A stretch of 32,000 bases of DNA from Vibrio alginolyticus NBRC 15630 = ATCC 17749 (GCF_000354175.2 NC_022349.1:540001-572000); one strand, 5' to 3'; numbered from the stretch's first letter, positions 1 to 9,307 are shown. Program-made: numbers and translations. Notes: generated from the sequence alone by a model not told the origin.

Positions 1-375
1 TTCACTCCAATGTGTATGGTGGTAAAGAACAGGTGTAGCAAACTGACGCAACAAACGACACTGCTTGAGGCTTCGGTATCCTCTTAAGCAATGTGTTTTT
101 ACGTCTTGTGGCACCAACTCCTCAAGTAACATTTTATGTTCTTGTGTTTCGGAGACCCCACAATCGTGGATCATCCCTGCGAAGTAGCAAAACTCCGCTT
201 TTTCTGGTTCCCAGTTCATGACCCGAGCACATTGGTAAGCGATGTAAGCGACACGGTGGCTATGGTGCGTATCATCAACACCTACATAGTCGAGTGCTCG
301 AGCAACCCAGATAAGTGCTTGTTTCAGATCGACTTCAAAGCCCATGTCCGTATGGGAATGGCAAGAATGATTCAT
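1..375 (-). CDS. HD-domain (probably HD-GYP-type) phosphohydrolase, N-terminal part; the gene continues past the left edge
   Basis: My own minus-strand translation starts at ATG 375 and reads MNHSCHSHTDMGFEVDLKQALIWVARALDYVGVDDTHHSHRVAYIAYQCARVMNWEPEKAEFCYFAGMIHDCGVSE...LYHHTHWSE. It is open for 125 codons down to position 1. It contains the H..HRVA and IHDxG metal-ligand motifs of the HD superfamily. It is missing from the ORF track because it is open-ended. The + ORF 136..396 is its antisense shadow. Confidence 0.6.
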   Translation of the reverse strand, partial: MNHSCHSHTDMGFEVDLKQALIWVARALDYVGVDDTHHSHRVAYIAYQCARVMNWEPEKAEFCYFAGMIHDCGVSETQEHKMLLEELVPQDVKTHCLRGYRSLKQCRLLRQFATPVLYHHTHWSE

Positions 376-1004
376 GGTTTATACCGACATTGCTAATTAG
401 CCCACGCTAAACCCAAATCAGAAGGTGATAGGAAAAATTGGGTACGACAGCGAATAGACCCCAAAAAGGTGGGCGTTTAGACATAGTTTTGATTATGGGC
501 GGGATAATAATCCTAGTTGCATAATAATATCACCTGAAGCTCATGGTTAAGAGTCAGATATTTGAACTAAGTATAAGTTTTGAAAGATTATTGTTGCTCT
601 TGTTGACTTATTTGAAAACGACAATAAATCATGATGTAACACATTCTTATTTTTATTTTTGTAAATCGTGTTCGGGCTTAACCAGAGACACACGGTATTG
701 ATGTGTGATTAACAGAATTCATATTGTTGCTTTTGAAGGCAAAAAATAAGAGGACTTCTTCGAGGCTTGCTCTGTAACTAACAGAGTAATAGGGAAAGCA
801 GCTTGTTAACTACATGACAATAGAGCGTCGTTGAAAACATTTTCTCTGTAGCTCATGTCGTTGAGGAAAGATAATAAAATGGTACGGTTTCCCAGCGATG
901 CTAGCCCTTTTAGTGAGATAAGTTTATTGAAAATGTGTGATTGCAAAGTAAGCATAGGTAGTAAAAGTAGCTAGAATGATAGCTCTAAATGAAAAGGATT
1001 TCGT

Positions 1005-2198
1005 ATGTTGAAGCATCGTTTATATCGGAGTTACACCGCAGGGTTAAAAATAGCAGCCCTTATCCTTCCTATGCCGAGACCAACCTTGTTTTCCGGCCCT
1101 GGTTCGATGAATGAGCTATTAGAATCGATGACCGAGCTGGGATTTAAACGCGTTTTGTTAGTTACCGACGAAGGGTTGGTCCAAGTCGGTATTGTAGATA
1201 AGGTGCTTGAGGCAGCAGCACAACTCGATTTACAGTTAGATGTTTTCTCGCAAGTTAAGCCCGATCCTACCTATGATCAGGTTGAGAGCGGTCTAGAGGC
1301 TTATCATCGTTTTCATTGTGAGGGCATATTAGCTTTGGGTGGCGGCTCTGCAATGGATTGTGCAAAAGTTATTGCTGCGAAAGTTACCAATAAACGGCCA
1401 ATAAAAAAATTAGCTGGACTATTGAAGGTATGGCGAATGCCAGCACCGCTTTTTGCTATTCCAACAACGGCTGGAACCGGAAGTGAAGTTACTATCGCTG
1501 CGGTCGTGTCAGATCCCTCCTCACACATTAAAACCCCTTTAATGGATCCAAAGTTGGTGCCACTAATGGCAGCTTTAGATGCGAATTTAATGATTGGTTT
1601 ACCTCCTAAGATCACGGCTGATACTGGCGTTGATGCATTAACCCACGCTATTGAGGCCTATGTATCGAAAAACGCTACTCAAGAAACGATGGCTTATTCG
1701 GTTGCCGCTATTAAACTCATTTTTAAATATCTTCCTAGGGCTGTGATGCAAGGGGATGATGTCGAAGCTCGTCATAAAATGGCTATGGCATCCTATTACG
1801 CGGGTTTAGCATTTACCAAAGCGAGTTTGGGTTATGTTCATGCCTTTGCTCACACATTCGGTGCGAGATATGGAATACCTCATGGTATGGCAAACGGATT
1901 AGCCTTGTTGCCTGTGCTGCGCTTTTCATTATCAGAGATTGAGCCTCAACTAAGAAAGCTCGATGAGTTGACGGCCGAGGGGCAGTTAGGTAACGCAAGT
2001 GCTCAGCATTTTTTGGCGAATCTGGAGTCCTTGTTTTCAACTATTGATATTGAGCAAACCAGTGCGCTCATTCAACGTGAAGATGCTGATGCGCTTGTTG
2101 ATTTAATTCTGAAAGAGGCGCACTGGAATTACCCTGTTCCCAAGTTCATGAACAGGGAAGAATGCACACAGTTATTGTTAACTATCAGTAGGGTGTAA
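1005..2198 (+). CDS. Iron-containing (group III) alcohol dehydrogenase family protein
   Basis: 397-aa ORF. GGGSAMDCAK glycine motif, TTAGTGSE, and a His cluster HAFAHTFGARYGIPHG typical of Fe-ADH. AAGGA Shine-Dalgarno lies just upstream of the ATG. Confidence 0.85.
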   Translation: MLKHRLYRSYTAGLKIAALILPMPRPTLFSGPGSMNELLESMTELGFKRVLLVTDEGLVQVGIVDKVLEAAAQLDLQLDVFSQVKPDPTYDQVESGLEAYHRFHCEGILALGGGSAMDCAKVIAAKVTNKRPIKKLAGLLKVWRMPAPLFAIPTTAGTGSEVTIAAVVSDPSSHIKTPLMDPKLVPLMAALDANLMIGLPPKITADTGVDALTHAIEAYVSKNATQETMAYSVAAIKLIFKYLPRAVMQGDDVEARHKMAMASYYAGLAFTKASLGYVHAFAHTFGARYGIPHGMANGLALLPVLRFSLSEIEPQLRKLDELTAEGQLGNASAQHFLANLESLFSTIDIEQTSALIQREDADALVDLILKEAHWNYPVPKFMNREECTQLLLTISRV

Positions 2199-2211
2199 AT
2201 TTTAGTTTACA
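2194..2211. promoter_or_regulatory. TyrR box, perfect match TGTAAA-N6-TTTACA
   Basis: The sequence TGTAAATTTTAGTTTACA matches both consensus half-sites exactly. It overlaps the ADH stop codon (TAA 2196-2198) and lies 149 bp upstream of the tyrP-like start. Confidence 0.5.
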
Positions 2212-2341
2212 TGTGTGGTTTTTTATCCTTACACTTTGCTTGATCTTCTGCTAAAGATCCTACAATATCGACGGCAATACAAATATGGTGTTGGTTTCGG
2301 TCCGCCGTTGCCCGATCTAATACTGATAATTTCTAATAAAG

Positions 2342-2359
2342 TGTAAAGATTAATATACA
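2342..2359. promoter_or_regulatory. TyrR-box-like site (TGTAAA-N6-TATACA, 11/12 half-site positions)
   Basis: TGTAAAGATTAATATACA directly abuts the ATG at 2360. Its centre is 148 bp from the centre of the first box. Confidence 0.35.
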
Positions 2360-3565
2360 ATGAGTCGTTCTAAAGTATTCGGTAGTACGCTAATTATTGC
2401 GGGCACTACAATAGGCGCTGGTATGCTAGCGCTTCCACTTGCCTCTGCCGGCATTGGTTTTTCAACTTCTATTATCATCATGCTAGGCTTATGGGCTCTG
2501 ATGGCTTTCACTGCCTTGCTTATGCTTGAGCTTCATCAACATGCGGAGAGTAGTGCTACACTTCATACTTTGGCGAAACAGATCCTAGGTCAAAAAGGCA
2601 AGTGGGTGGCAAGTTTTGCGATGTTGTTTCTTTTCTACTCATTATGTGCAGCGTATATCGCTGGCGGTGGTGCTCAGTTCGGAGACCGCCTTGCACAATG
2701 GTTTGACCTCGATATTTCAGGGCCTACATCAACGATAATCTTTACCTTGGTTGTGACTTTAGTTGTGACAGTGGGTACCGGTACGGTCGATAAAGTAAAC
2801 CGAGTTCTGTTCGCGATGAAGCTCGTTGCGATGGTTGCGGTGCTTTCTTTTCTTGCTCCAAACGTTACGGAATCTTACTTGTTAAGTATGCCAATCGAAC
2901 AAGGCCTTGTTGTAGCGGCGATTCCGGTGATCTTTACTTCGTTTGGTTTCCACGGAAGTATACCTGCAATTGTGAATTACTTAGACGGTGACACTTCTTC
3001 TTTACGCAAAGCCGTTATTATTGGTTCGACGATTCCACTTGTTATTTATATCTTTTGGCAAATCGTGACGTTGGGTGTGGTTAGCCAAAGTACGCTTGTT
3101 GAGAACGGAGGGTTGAGCGCACTGATTGGTCAACTATCTCAGACAGTACACCAATCAAATTTGGGTAGCATTGTTGGTGTGTTTGCTGACTTGGCATTGT
3201 TGACATCGTTCCTTGGCGTGAGTTTGGGTCTATTCGAATTTTTGGGTGATACCATCAAAGGAAGTAACGATAAGCCTAATCGTTTGATTGCGGCACTAGT
3301 GACGTTTACTCCACCGCTAGGCTTCGCACTTTTCTATCCTCAAGGCTTTATTATGGCTTTGGGCTATGCAGCGATTGCCTTAGCGATTTTAGCCATCTTT
3401 TTGCCTTTGGTTATGGTGATCAAGGTTCGTAAATCGGATGATTTTACTGGGGAGTACCGCGTCGCAGGTGGTCAAGGTGCGTTAGTGATAACGGGCATCG
3501 CTGGCACTGGCATCGTATTCGCTCAGGTGTTAATTACGCTGGGTGTGCTTCCTGCTCTAGGCTAG
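2360..3565 (+). CDS. tyrP: Aromatic amino acid (tyrosine-specific) permease, HAAAP family, TyrP/Mtr/TnaB-like
   Basis: 401-aa polytopic membrane protein. The N-terminus SKVFGSTLIIAGTTIGAGMLALPLASAGIGF closely follows the TyrP/Mtr signature (AGTTIGAGMLA-P). TyrR boxes lie upstream. Confidence 0.8.
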   Translation: MSRSKVFGSTLIIAGTTIGAGMLALPLASAGIGFSTSIIIMLGLWALMAFTALLMLELHQHAESSATLHTLAKQILGQKGKWVASFAMLFLFYSLCAAYIAGGGAQFGDRLAQWFDLDISGPTSTIIFTLVVTLVVTVGTGTVDKVNRVLFAMKLVAMVAVLSFLAPNVTESYLLSMPIEQGLVVAAIPVIFTSFGFHGSIPAIVNYLDGDTSSLRKAVIIGSTIPLVIYIFWQIVTLGVVSQSTLVENGGLSALIGQLSQTVHQSNLGSIVGVFADLALLTSFLGVSLGLFEFLGDTIKGSNDKPNRLIAALVTFTPPLGFALFYPQGFIMALGYAAIALAILAIFLPLVMVIKVRKSDDFTGEYRVAGGQGALVITGIAGTGIVFAQVLITLGVLPALG

Positions 3566-3631
3566 TTGTTTAGAACGTTCTTTGAATAACTTCTAGTTAC
3601 TGAATCCATCGTAATCAATCAGTATTGTTAG

Positions 3632-3660
3632 GCCAACGAGTTTCGCTCGTTGGCTTTTTT
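3632..3660 (+). terminator. Rho-independent terminator after the tyrP-like gene
   Basis: GCCAACGAG / CTCGTTGGC form a 9-bp perfect stem with loop TTTCG, followed by TTTTTT. Confidence 0.75.
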
Positions 3661-3839
3661 AATCTGGATCAAATTACCGTAAGATATCCGGTGAAAAAAT
3701 TGGTAGAAATGTGCTTTTATTTCGTACACTTAAGTTGTGGTATATCGATAATTTAAGTGGAGAAAACCGCTCAAAATACCATTGAATTTGCAACACAATG
3801 AGCTTTTCTTGTTTCTCTGCTTTGGTGTGGAGGTGAAGC

Positions 3840-4964
3840 ATGGCGCACCGGAGTTTTTACCCGTTTGCAAAACCGCTTAACGAGCAACTGCAAACGCTAA
3901 AAGGCAGGATGCAGGCGCACTTGCCATGTATTGATAGGGTGTCATTTGCAAAATATCACCCAGACCAAGATGTGCTCAAATCATTTGCAGAAAGTGAGTT
4001 CGACACTTGGTGTTTAGCCCATCACGAATCAGCATTCCGTAAACTCCACCACCTCAATATTGCCTCTAAAAACGCGGTTCCTCGTATCGTCGAAGACCTT
4101 CATGATATTAAGCACTGTCCTCGGGTTCAAATTTTACTCAAACACGGATATCAGTCGTCGGCTGCTATTCCTTGTTATGACAATAAAGCTTTTACTGGTT
4201 TTGTATTTTTGAACTCCACTCAACGTGATGCGTTTAGTTTAGAAGTGCTGAATGGTCTTAAACCTTATTTCGAAATGATTCGATTTGCGGTTGCATCAGA
4301 GACTCAAGTAGTCAATGCGATAGAAACGCTAGCGAACCGAATGCAATGTATGATGCCAGGCTATTCACCTGAGTATTACGCGCATACCAAACGCATGAAG
4401 TACTACAGTCAAATTATCGCAACGCAGTTAGCGGATCGTTATCACCTGAATGACGAAATGGTCGAAGATATTGGTATTTTTGCTCAGTTCCATGCGCTCG
4501 GTGATAGTCAGCTGCCAGTTGAAATTGCTAGCCGCCGAACAAATTACTCTCAAGAACAAGAGGCGATATTGATTCAACATATTGAGCGTTGTATCGATTC
4601 AGCGGATGACATAGTTGCCCGTATCGGAAATCCGGTTCACCCGAGTGTGACTTTGTTTTTGCAGATGGTTACTTATCAGTACGAAAACTTAAATGGCACT
4701 GGTTATCCTTATGGTTTAACCAATGATGATGTACCAATCGCCGCGCAAATTACGGCTGTCGCGAATGCCTTTGATTTTATGACAACGCACCATCCGTACA
4801 GACAAGCGTGGTCCATCCCATACGCATTGTTAGAACTTGAAAAATGGGTATATCAGGGATGGTTATCTCGAGAATGTGTTGATGCTCTGCGAGAGCATCA
4901 AGGTTATATAAAGCAAATCATCCACAAATATCCCGAGCACTATACAGGCTTGGGGTTAATGTGA
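3840..4964 (+). CDS. GAF-like N-terminal domain plus degenerate HD-GYP domain protein (GYP kept, metal ligands substituted)
   Basis: 374 aa. The C-terminal half aligns to HD-GYP landmarks: HTKRM (first His), FHALGD where HDIGK is expected (H218-A219), YQYE where HHE is expected, NGTGYPYGL (GYP intact), and AAQITAVANAFDFMTTHHPYRQ. GGAGG SD lies 6 nt upstream. Confidence 0.7.
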   Translation: MAHRSFYPFAKPLNEQLQTLKGRMQAHLPCIDRVSFAKYHPDQDVLKSFAESEFDTWCLAHHESAFRKLHHLNIASKNAVPRIVEDLHDIKHCPRVQILLKHGYQSSAAIPCYDNKAFTGFVFLNSTQRDAFSLEVLNGLKPYFEMIRFAVASETQVVNAIETLANRMQCMMPGYSPEYYAHTKRMKYYSQIIATQLADRYHLNDEMVEDIGIFAQFHALGDSQLPVEIASRRTNYSQEQEAILIQHIERCIDSADDIVARIGNPVHPSVTLFLQMVTYQYENLNGTGYPYGLTNDDVPIAAQITAVANAFDFMTTHHPYRQAWSIPYALLELEKWVYQGWLSRECVDALREHQGYIKQIIHKYPEHYTGLGLM

Positions 4965-5012
4965 AGAGCAGTAACAAAGTTGAAATATTGACGAGGAGGA
5001 ATATTTAAACAA

Positions 5013-5032
5013 TACTGTTTTTATATACAGTA
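5013..5032. promoter_or_regulatory. LexA (SOS) box overlapping a sigma70-like promoter
   Basis: TACTGTTTTTATATACAGTA matches 18/20 positions of the gamma-proteobacterial consensus TACTGTATATATATACAGTA, with CTGT-N8-ACAG intact. TTGACG (4988-4993) followed by a 17-nt spacer and AATACT (5011-5016) gives a plausible -35/-10 that the box overlaps. Confidence 0.7.
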
Positions 5033-5051
5033 ATAAGTTTGGAGGTGAAGT

Positions 5052-5270
5052 ATGTTGTGGGAAACCCTTGAAAGAGTAAACCGCTTACGCCAACAAGCAC
5101 TTGCAAATCCTGAGTTTGTTGAGTCAGCAAAAGAGCACGAACAAGCACTTCAGGAGCAAGAATACCATTATCAAACTAAGAAAAAGCGTTCAGCCAAAGA
5201 CAAACAAGGTAAAAAGTCGCTGGCCGATATCTATAAAGAAGTAGAGTTTGGCGCTGACGCTCGTCATTAA
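5052..5270 (+). CDS. Small (72 aa) highly charged helical protein of unknown function, predicted SOS-inducible
   Basis: ATG is preceded by GGAGG with 6-nt spacing. The LexA box lies 20 nt upstream of the SD. The protein MLWETLERVNRLRQQALANPEF...KKKRSAKDKQGKK... has no family I recognise. Confidence 0.55.
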   Translation: MLWETLERVNRLRQQALANPEFVESAKEHEQALQEQEYHYQTKKKRSAKDKQGKKSLADIYKEVEFGADARH

Positions 5271-5329
5271 TGTATTCACTGCGGCATTTTTCATTTCTTC
5301 ATACGCTGCAGTATTCGTTCAAATTTATT

Positions 5330-5357
5330 CGAGAGCAGTGGGAGACCGCTGCTCTCG
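5330..5357 (+). other. Strong hairpin (12-bp stem, GAGA tetraloop) downstream of the small ORF; not a canonical terminator
   Basis: CGAGAGCAGTGG-GAGA-CCGCTGCTCTCG, with one U.G pair. It is followed only by TT, so intrinsic termination is uncertain. It could be a stabiliser or processing element. Confidence 0.3.
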
Positions 5358-5440
5358 TTGACCTGCCTATAATTTACTAATGAAGTTCAGCTGAGCAAAT
5401 TATCACTAACACTTAGCAATTCTCTCAATGATCTTGTTGA

Positions 5441-5459
5441 TGTAATGATAATGACAACG
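5441..5459. promoter_or_regulatory. Candidate Fur box upstream of the fhuC-like gene
   Basis: TGTAATGATAATGACAACG matches 12/19 positions of GATAATGATAATCATTATC, including a contiguous TAATGATAAT core. It lies about 135 bp upstream of the first gene of an iron-siderophore ABC operon. Confidence 0.45.
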
Positions 5460-5594
5460 GTTTGCATTTGTATCTTTGTTGTTATATAAAACCTCCCTTA
5501 TTAATCGTTCTGTTGAATAAGAACGGCAAACGTGATCAACGAATGAGAGCTTTGAATAACTGTTATTCGTAAATGGCTATTAGGTGAAGTAGGG

Positions 5595-6359
5595 ATGTTG
5601 GAAGCTAAAGCACTCCAGTTTGAGATTGAAGGCAAGTCATTGCTAAAAGCGTTTGATGTGACATTTGAACCCGGAAAAACATACGCCCTTGTTGGACACA
5701 ATGGTTCAGGAAAATCCACATTGTTAAAGTTGCTGGCACAGCAACAGCAATACACAGCTGGTGACGTGGTTCTGCATGGAACGAGCATTAACGATCTCTC
5801 AGCGAAAAAATTCGCCCAACACATTGCCTACTTGCCTCAGCATCTTCCGGTGACCGACAGTATTTTAGGTCGAGATTTAGTCGGTTTTGGTCGTTATCCA
5901 TGGCATGGTTTACTTGGACGTTTGAGTAAGAAAGATCACGACATTGTTGAAGAAGCAATGGCGATGACAGGCACACTAAAATACGCAGATCGCTTAGTGG
6001 ACACGTTATCTGGAGGAGAGCGTCAACGTGTGTGGCTAGCTATGCTGTTAGCCCAAAAAACCGAGTATTTGCTTCTTGATGAGCCTTTGTCTGCGCTAGA
6101 TATCAGCCATCAAGTCGATATGTTGAAGCTTATCTCTAAACTCAGTCAAGAACTGGGCTTGGGCGTTATCATCGTATTACACGACATCAACTTGGCTGCA
6201 CGATTTTGCGACTACATCGTTGCATTACATCAAGGTGATTTGATTGCACAAGGCAATGTTGAACAGGTGTTTACTGAACCTAAGTTGAGGGACATATATG
6301 GGATAGAGATGATGATCTCTGACCACCCTGCGGGTTATCCGGTGGCGATGCCAAGCTAA
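5595..6359 (+). CDS. fhuC: Iron(III)-siderophore ABC transporter ATP-binding protein (FhuC-like)
   Basis: 254 aa. Walker A GHNGSGKST, signature LSGGERQR, Walker B LLLLDEP. It is followed by a binding protein and a fused double permease, as in fhuCDB. Confidence 0.8.
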   Translation: MLEAKALQFEIEGKSLLKAFDVTFEPGKTYALVGHNGSGKSTLLKLLAQQQQYTAGDVVLHGTSINDLSAKKFAQHIAYLPQHLPVTDSILGRDLVGFGRYPWHGLLGRLSKKDHDIVEEAMAMTGTLKYADRLVDTLSGGERQRVWLAMLLAQKTEYLLLDEPLSALDISHQVDMLKLISKLSQELGLGVIIVLHDINLAARFCDYIVALHQGDLIAQGNVEQVFTEPKLRDIYGIEMMISDHPAGYPVAMPS

Positions 6360-6370
6360 AGGTTGGAATA

Positions 6371-7255
6371 ATGAGCAGTACAAACACTCGACTTAAACAT
6401 TTCTCTTTCGCTCTCTCACTTAGTGCGCTTTTGGTCAGTTCTTTTCAAGCACTAGCTGACGCATCACCTCGGGTGATGTCGGTTGATTGGACACAAACTG
6501 AAACGATGTTGGCTTTAGGGGTCGTACCTGTAGGCGTTGCTCAAGGGCAAGATTACGATGCTTGGGTAAAATCGCCACCGTTACCACCTCAAACGAAGGA
6601 TGTAGGGTTAAGAACTCAACCCAATATAGAGCGCATTTACGAGCTCAGACCTGATCGTATTTTTATTGCCCCGTACTTTTCCTCAATGAAGCATCGCTTA
6701 GTTGATATCGCCCCGGTTACCACCATTGACTTATATGAAAGCGGAATTACGGATTGGTCGGTACTTACCAGTTTCACTCGGAGGTTTGGTGAAGAGCTGG
6801 GAAGAGAGGCGGAAGCAGAGGCGCTTATCCAACAATATGAAAAACGTTTGTCTTTATTAAAACAGCGTATAAATAAAGGCCAGCCGCCACTACTAATGAT
6901 TCAGTTTATGGATACAAAGCACGTACGTGTTTTTGGTCAAAATAGTCTTTACTCTCAGGCTATCGAAAAGATTGGGCTGAGTAATGCATGGAATGAAAAG
7001 ACGAATAGCTGGGGCTTTAGCCTAGTTGGCATCGACAAGTTAGCTGGCATAAAAGCTCAAATTGTTATCGTAGAGCCATTACCTTACGGTGGAGCGGAGC
7101 AGCTCTCTCAAGACCCATTTTGGCAATATGTTGTTCAACAATCTGGTGAAAAGGTCATGCAAGTCGCGCCCGTTTGGAGTTTTGGTTCTATGCCTTCAGC
7201 CCTCCGTTTCGCAGAGTTAGTTACGGCGAGTAAGGTCGAGGAGTTAACACAATGA
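6371..7255 (+). CDS. fhuD: Periplasmic iron-siderophore binding protein (FhuD-like, class III SBP)
   Basis: 294 aa with a signal peptide (…[12 protein letters not shown]). Its position between the ATPase and the permease supports the call. Its stop overlaps the next start (ATGA at 7252-7255). Confidence 0.7.
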   Translation: MSSTNTRLKHFSFALSLSALLVSSFQALADASPRVMSVDWTQTETMLALGVVPVGVAQGQDYDAWVKSPPLPPQTKDVGLRTQPNIERIYELRPDRIFIAPYFSSMKHRLVDIAPVTTIDLYESGITDWSVLTSFTRRFGEELGREAEAEALIQQYEKRLSLLKQRINKGQPPLLMIQFMDTKHVRVFGQNSLYSQAIEKIGLSNAWNEKTNSWGFSLVGIDKLAGIKAQIVIVEPLPYGGAEQLSQDPFWQYVVQQSGEKVMQVAPVWSFGSMPSALRFAELVTASKVEELTQ

Positions 7256-9228
7256 AAACGATGCCTTTAAGCTTTGTGGTGTTACTTTCGGCATTTACCT
7301 TTTCTATTGGTGCTTTCCAATTGTACCAAGTAAGCTCATTTTCGTTAGCTCTAAGCAGTTTATGGGAGCCTAACTTTCAATCTATCGATTCTGTTTTACT
7401 TCACTTTAGCTGGTGGCCTCGAGTCTTCACCACGATTATATCTGGTGCTGGATTAGCGGTTGCTGGGGTATTGATGCAGCAAGTGCTGCGTAACCCTCTC
7501 GCTTCACCCACGACACTTGGTGTGGCGAGCGGTTCAAGTTTTGCTTTGATGTTAGCTACGCTATTCGCACCTTGGATGTTGGATATCGCGCCTAATTTGG
7601 TTGCTCTCATCGGCGGTGTGATATCGATGGGGTTGGTGATGCTGTTGTCATGGCGACGAGCGTTATCTCCAACGGTTGTCGTCGTTTCTGGGTTAGTGAT
7701 AAACCTGTACTTTGCATCATTAAGTACGGTTATTCTGATGATGAATACCGAAAAGCTGAATGGGTTAATGATATGGGGAGCCGGTTCGCTTGTTCAGAGT
7801 GGATGGGGAGATTTCTCGTATCTTGCCCCTCGAATCGCACTTGCTACGGTCGTTGCATTTGTGATTGCAAAGCCGTTAAGTCTGTTGGAACTCTCCGAGC
7901 AAGGTGCCAAGAGTTTAGGTGTCTCGCTAGCTAAGTTGCGTTTTGTCTGTCTTGGGCTTGCGGTGTTAATCACTTCTTGGGTGGTTTCTGCCGTAGGAAT
8001 CATCGGTTTCATCGGGTTAGCGGCGCCAGCGATTACTCGATTGATAGGTATCAATAAAATCCAGCATAAGCTTTGGGTATCAATGCTGATTGGTGCCATG
8101 TTATTGACTTTAACCGATTTGGTTATTCAGCAACTGCCAGGGATAATGGCGAGTTTTATACCAACGGGAGCAGCAACCGCTGCACTGGGCGCTCCGCTAC
8201 TGTTATGGCTGTTACCTCGTTTATCACAAAAGACGCAGGGCCATACTCAAACAGTGTTAACTCGACACCGTCAACATGTTTATAAGCTAAACCCTAAAGC
8301 GATCTCATTGGCGTTGATCGGCACGTTAATTTCTGTTGTTCTTTTTGCCACGGTTGCTGTGCAAAATGAAGGGTGGACAAATTTATTTGCTAGCCAAAAT
8401 TGGATTTTTTTGGAATGGCGCGCACCTAGATTATTTGCAGCAGCAATTGCGGGGGCAATGTTAGCGATTGCTGGAACCATGATTCAACGCCTAAGTGGAA
8501 ACCCAATGGCAAGTCCTGAAGTGATCGGTATCAGTTCAGGGACAGCGATGGGATTGATCATCGCGATGTTTACTGGGTTTGGTTCGTCAATTTTCACTCT
8601 TTCTCTAGGCGGGCTCGTAGGCGCATTAGCGACGGTATTAGTCATTGTGCTGCTAAACCGTAAGTCAGGCTTTCAGCCGGAGCGTATTTTGTTGACTGGT
8701 ATTGCAATAACCGCACTGATGAATGCAATACAGAGCTTTATTCTAGCCACTGGTGACCCAAGAAGTTATCAAGCATTGGCTTGGTTGTCTGGGTCTACCT
8801 ACTATGTTTCGGTTGAAACGTTACTCCCATTGTCCTTATCTGCGCTTGTCTTTATAGGGTTGAGTTTTCTCTGCGTAAGATGGCTAGATATTCTTCCTGT
8901 CGGTGCCGCTTCCTCTAAAGCACTTGGAATTCGAGTTGATCGTTCACGCGCAATACTGCTTCTTTTAGTTGCTTGTCTCACGGTCAGTGCGACATTGGTT
9001 GTTGGCCCGATTAGCTTTGTTGGGTTGTTGGCTCCGCATTTAGCTCGCTTATTTGGTTTTAACAAAGCGTCACAACACATGTTATGCGCCGCGATACTGG
9101 GGGCAGGGGTGATGTTGTTGGCTGATTGGTTGGGACGACAGATCCTTTACCCGCAAGAAATACCAACAGGGCTTATGGCGTCTCTCATTGGCGGTTTGTA
9201 TTTAATGTGGGGTTTACGCCGCTTATAG
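7252..9228 (+). CDS. fhuB: Fused double-domain FecCD-type permease (FhuB-like)
   Basis: 658 aa, about 20 TM segments, with two internally repeated FecCD-like halves (…[15 protein letters not shown]… and …[15 protein letters not shown]…). This size and architecture are characteristic of FhuB. Confidence 0.8.
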   Translation: MKTMPLSFVVLLSAFTFSIGAFQLYQVSSFSLALSSLWEPNFQSIDSVLLHFSWWPRVFTTIISGAGLAVAGVLMQQVLRNPLASPTTLGVASGSSFALMLATLFAPWMLDIAPNLVALIGGVISMGLVMLLSWRRALSPTVVVVSGLVINLYFASLSTVILMMNTEKLNGLMIWGAGSLVQSGWGDFSYLAPRIALATVVAFVIAKPLSLLELSEQGAKSLGVSLAKLRFVCLGLAVLITSWVVSAVGIIGFIGLAAPAITRLIGINKIQHKLWVSMLIGAMLLTLTDLVIQQLPGIMASFIPTGAATAALGAPLLLWLLPRLSQKTQGHTQTVLTRHRQHVYKLNPKAISLALIGTLISVVLFATVAVQNEGWTNLFASQNWIFLEWRAPRLFAAAIAGAMLAIAGTMIQRLSGNPMASPEVIGISSGTAMGLIIAMFTGFGSSIFTLSLGGLVGALATVLVIVLLNRKSGFQPERILLTGIAITALMNAIQSFILATGDPRSYQALAWLSGSTYYVSVETLLPLSLSALVFIGLSFLCVRWLDILPVGAASSKALGIRVDRSRAILLLLVACLTVSATLVVGPISFVGLLAPHLARLFGFNKASQHMLCAAILGAGVMLLADWLGRQILYPQEIPTGLMASLIGGLYLMWGLRRL

Positions 9229-9268
9229 AAATGAGCTAAGCCTCAACCAAGAAAGTACTTATACAAAT

Positions 9269-9307
9269 AAGCACTCGTAGTGGCATTCGTAACCTATGCG
9301 AGTGCTT
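9269..9307 (+). terminator. Imperfect hairpin after the fhuB-like gene (possible weak terminator or attenuator)
   Basis: AAGCACTCG / CGAGTGCTT form a 9-bp stem around a 21-nt loop with an inner TAG/CTA pairing, followed by only TTT. Confidence 0.3.

Noticed and set aside
136-396. 86-aa + strand ORF from the supplied track
   Set aside because: It lies exactly antisense to a better-supported minus-strand HD-domain ORF (1..375) that has clear family motifs. The + strand product has no recognisable features.
3826-5054. Identical TGGAGGTGAAG-(C/T)-ATG strings in front of the HD-GYP gene (3826-3842) and the 72-aa ORF (5040-5054)
   Set aside because: The match is an 11-nt identity covering a strong Shine-Dalgarno and its spacer. 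It is too short to argue duplication or a shared regulatory element, and most simply reflects two good ribosome-binding sites.
5392-5410. Second Fur-box candidate (…AAATTATCACTAAC…) upstream of the fhuC-like gene
   Set aside because: Only about 10/19 positions match when the ATTATCA core is aligned. That is too weak to report as a feature.
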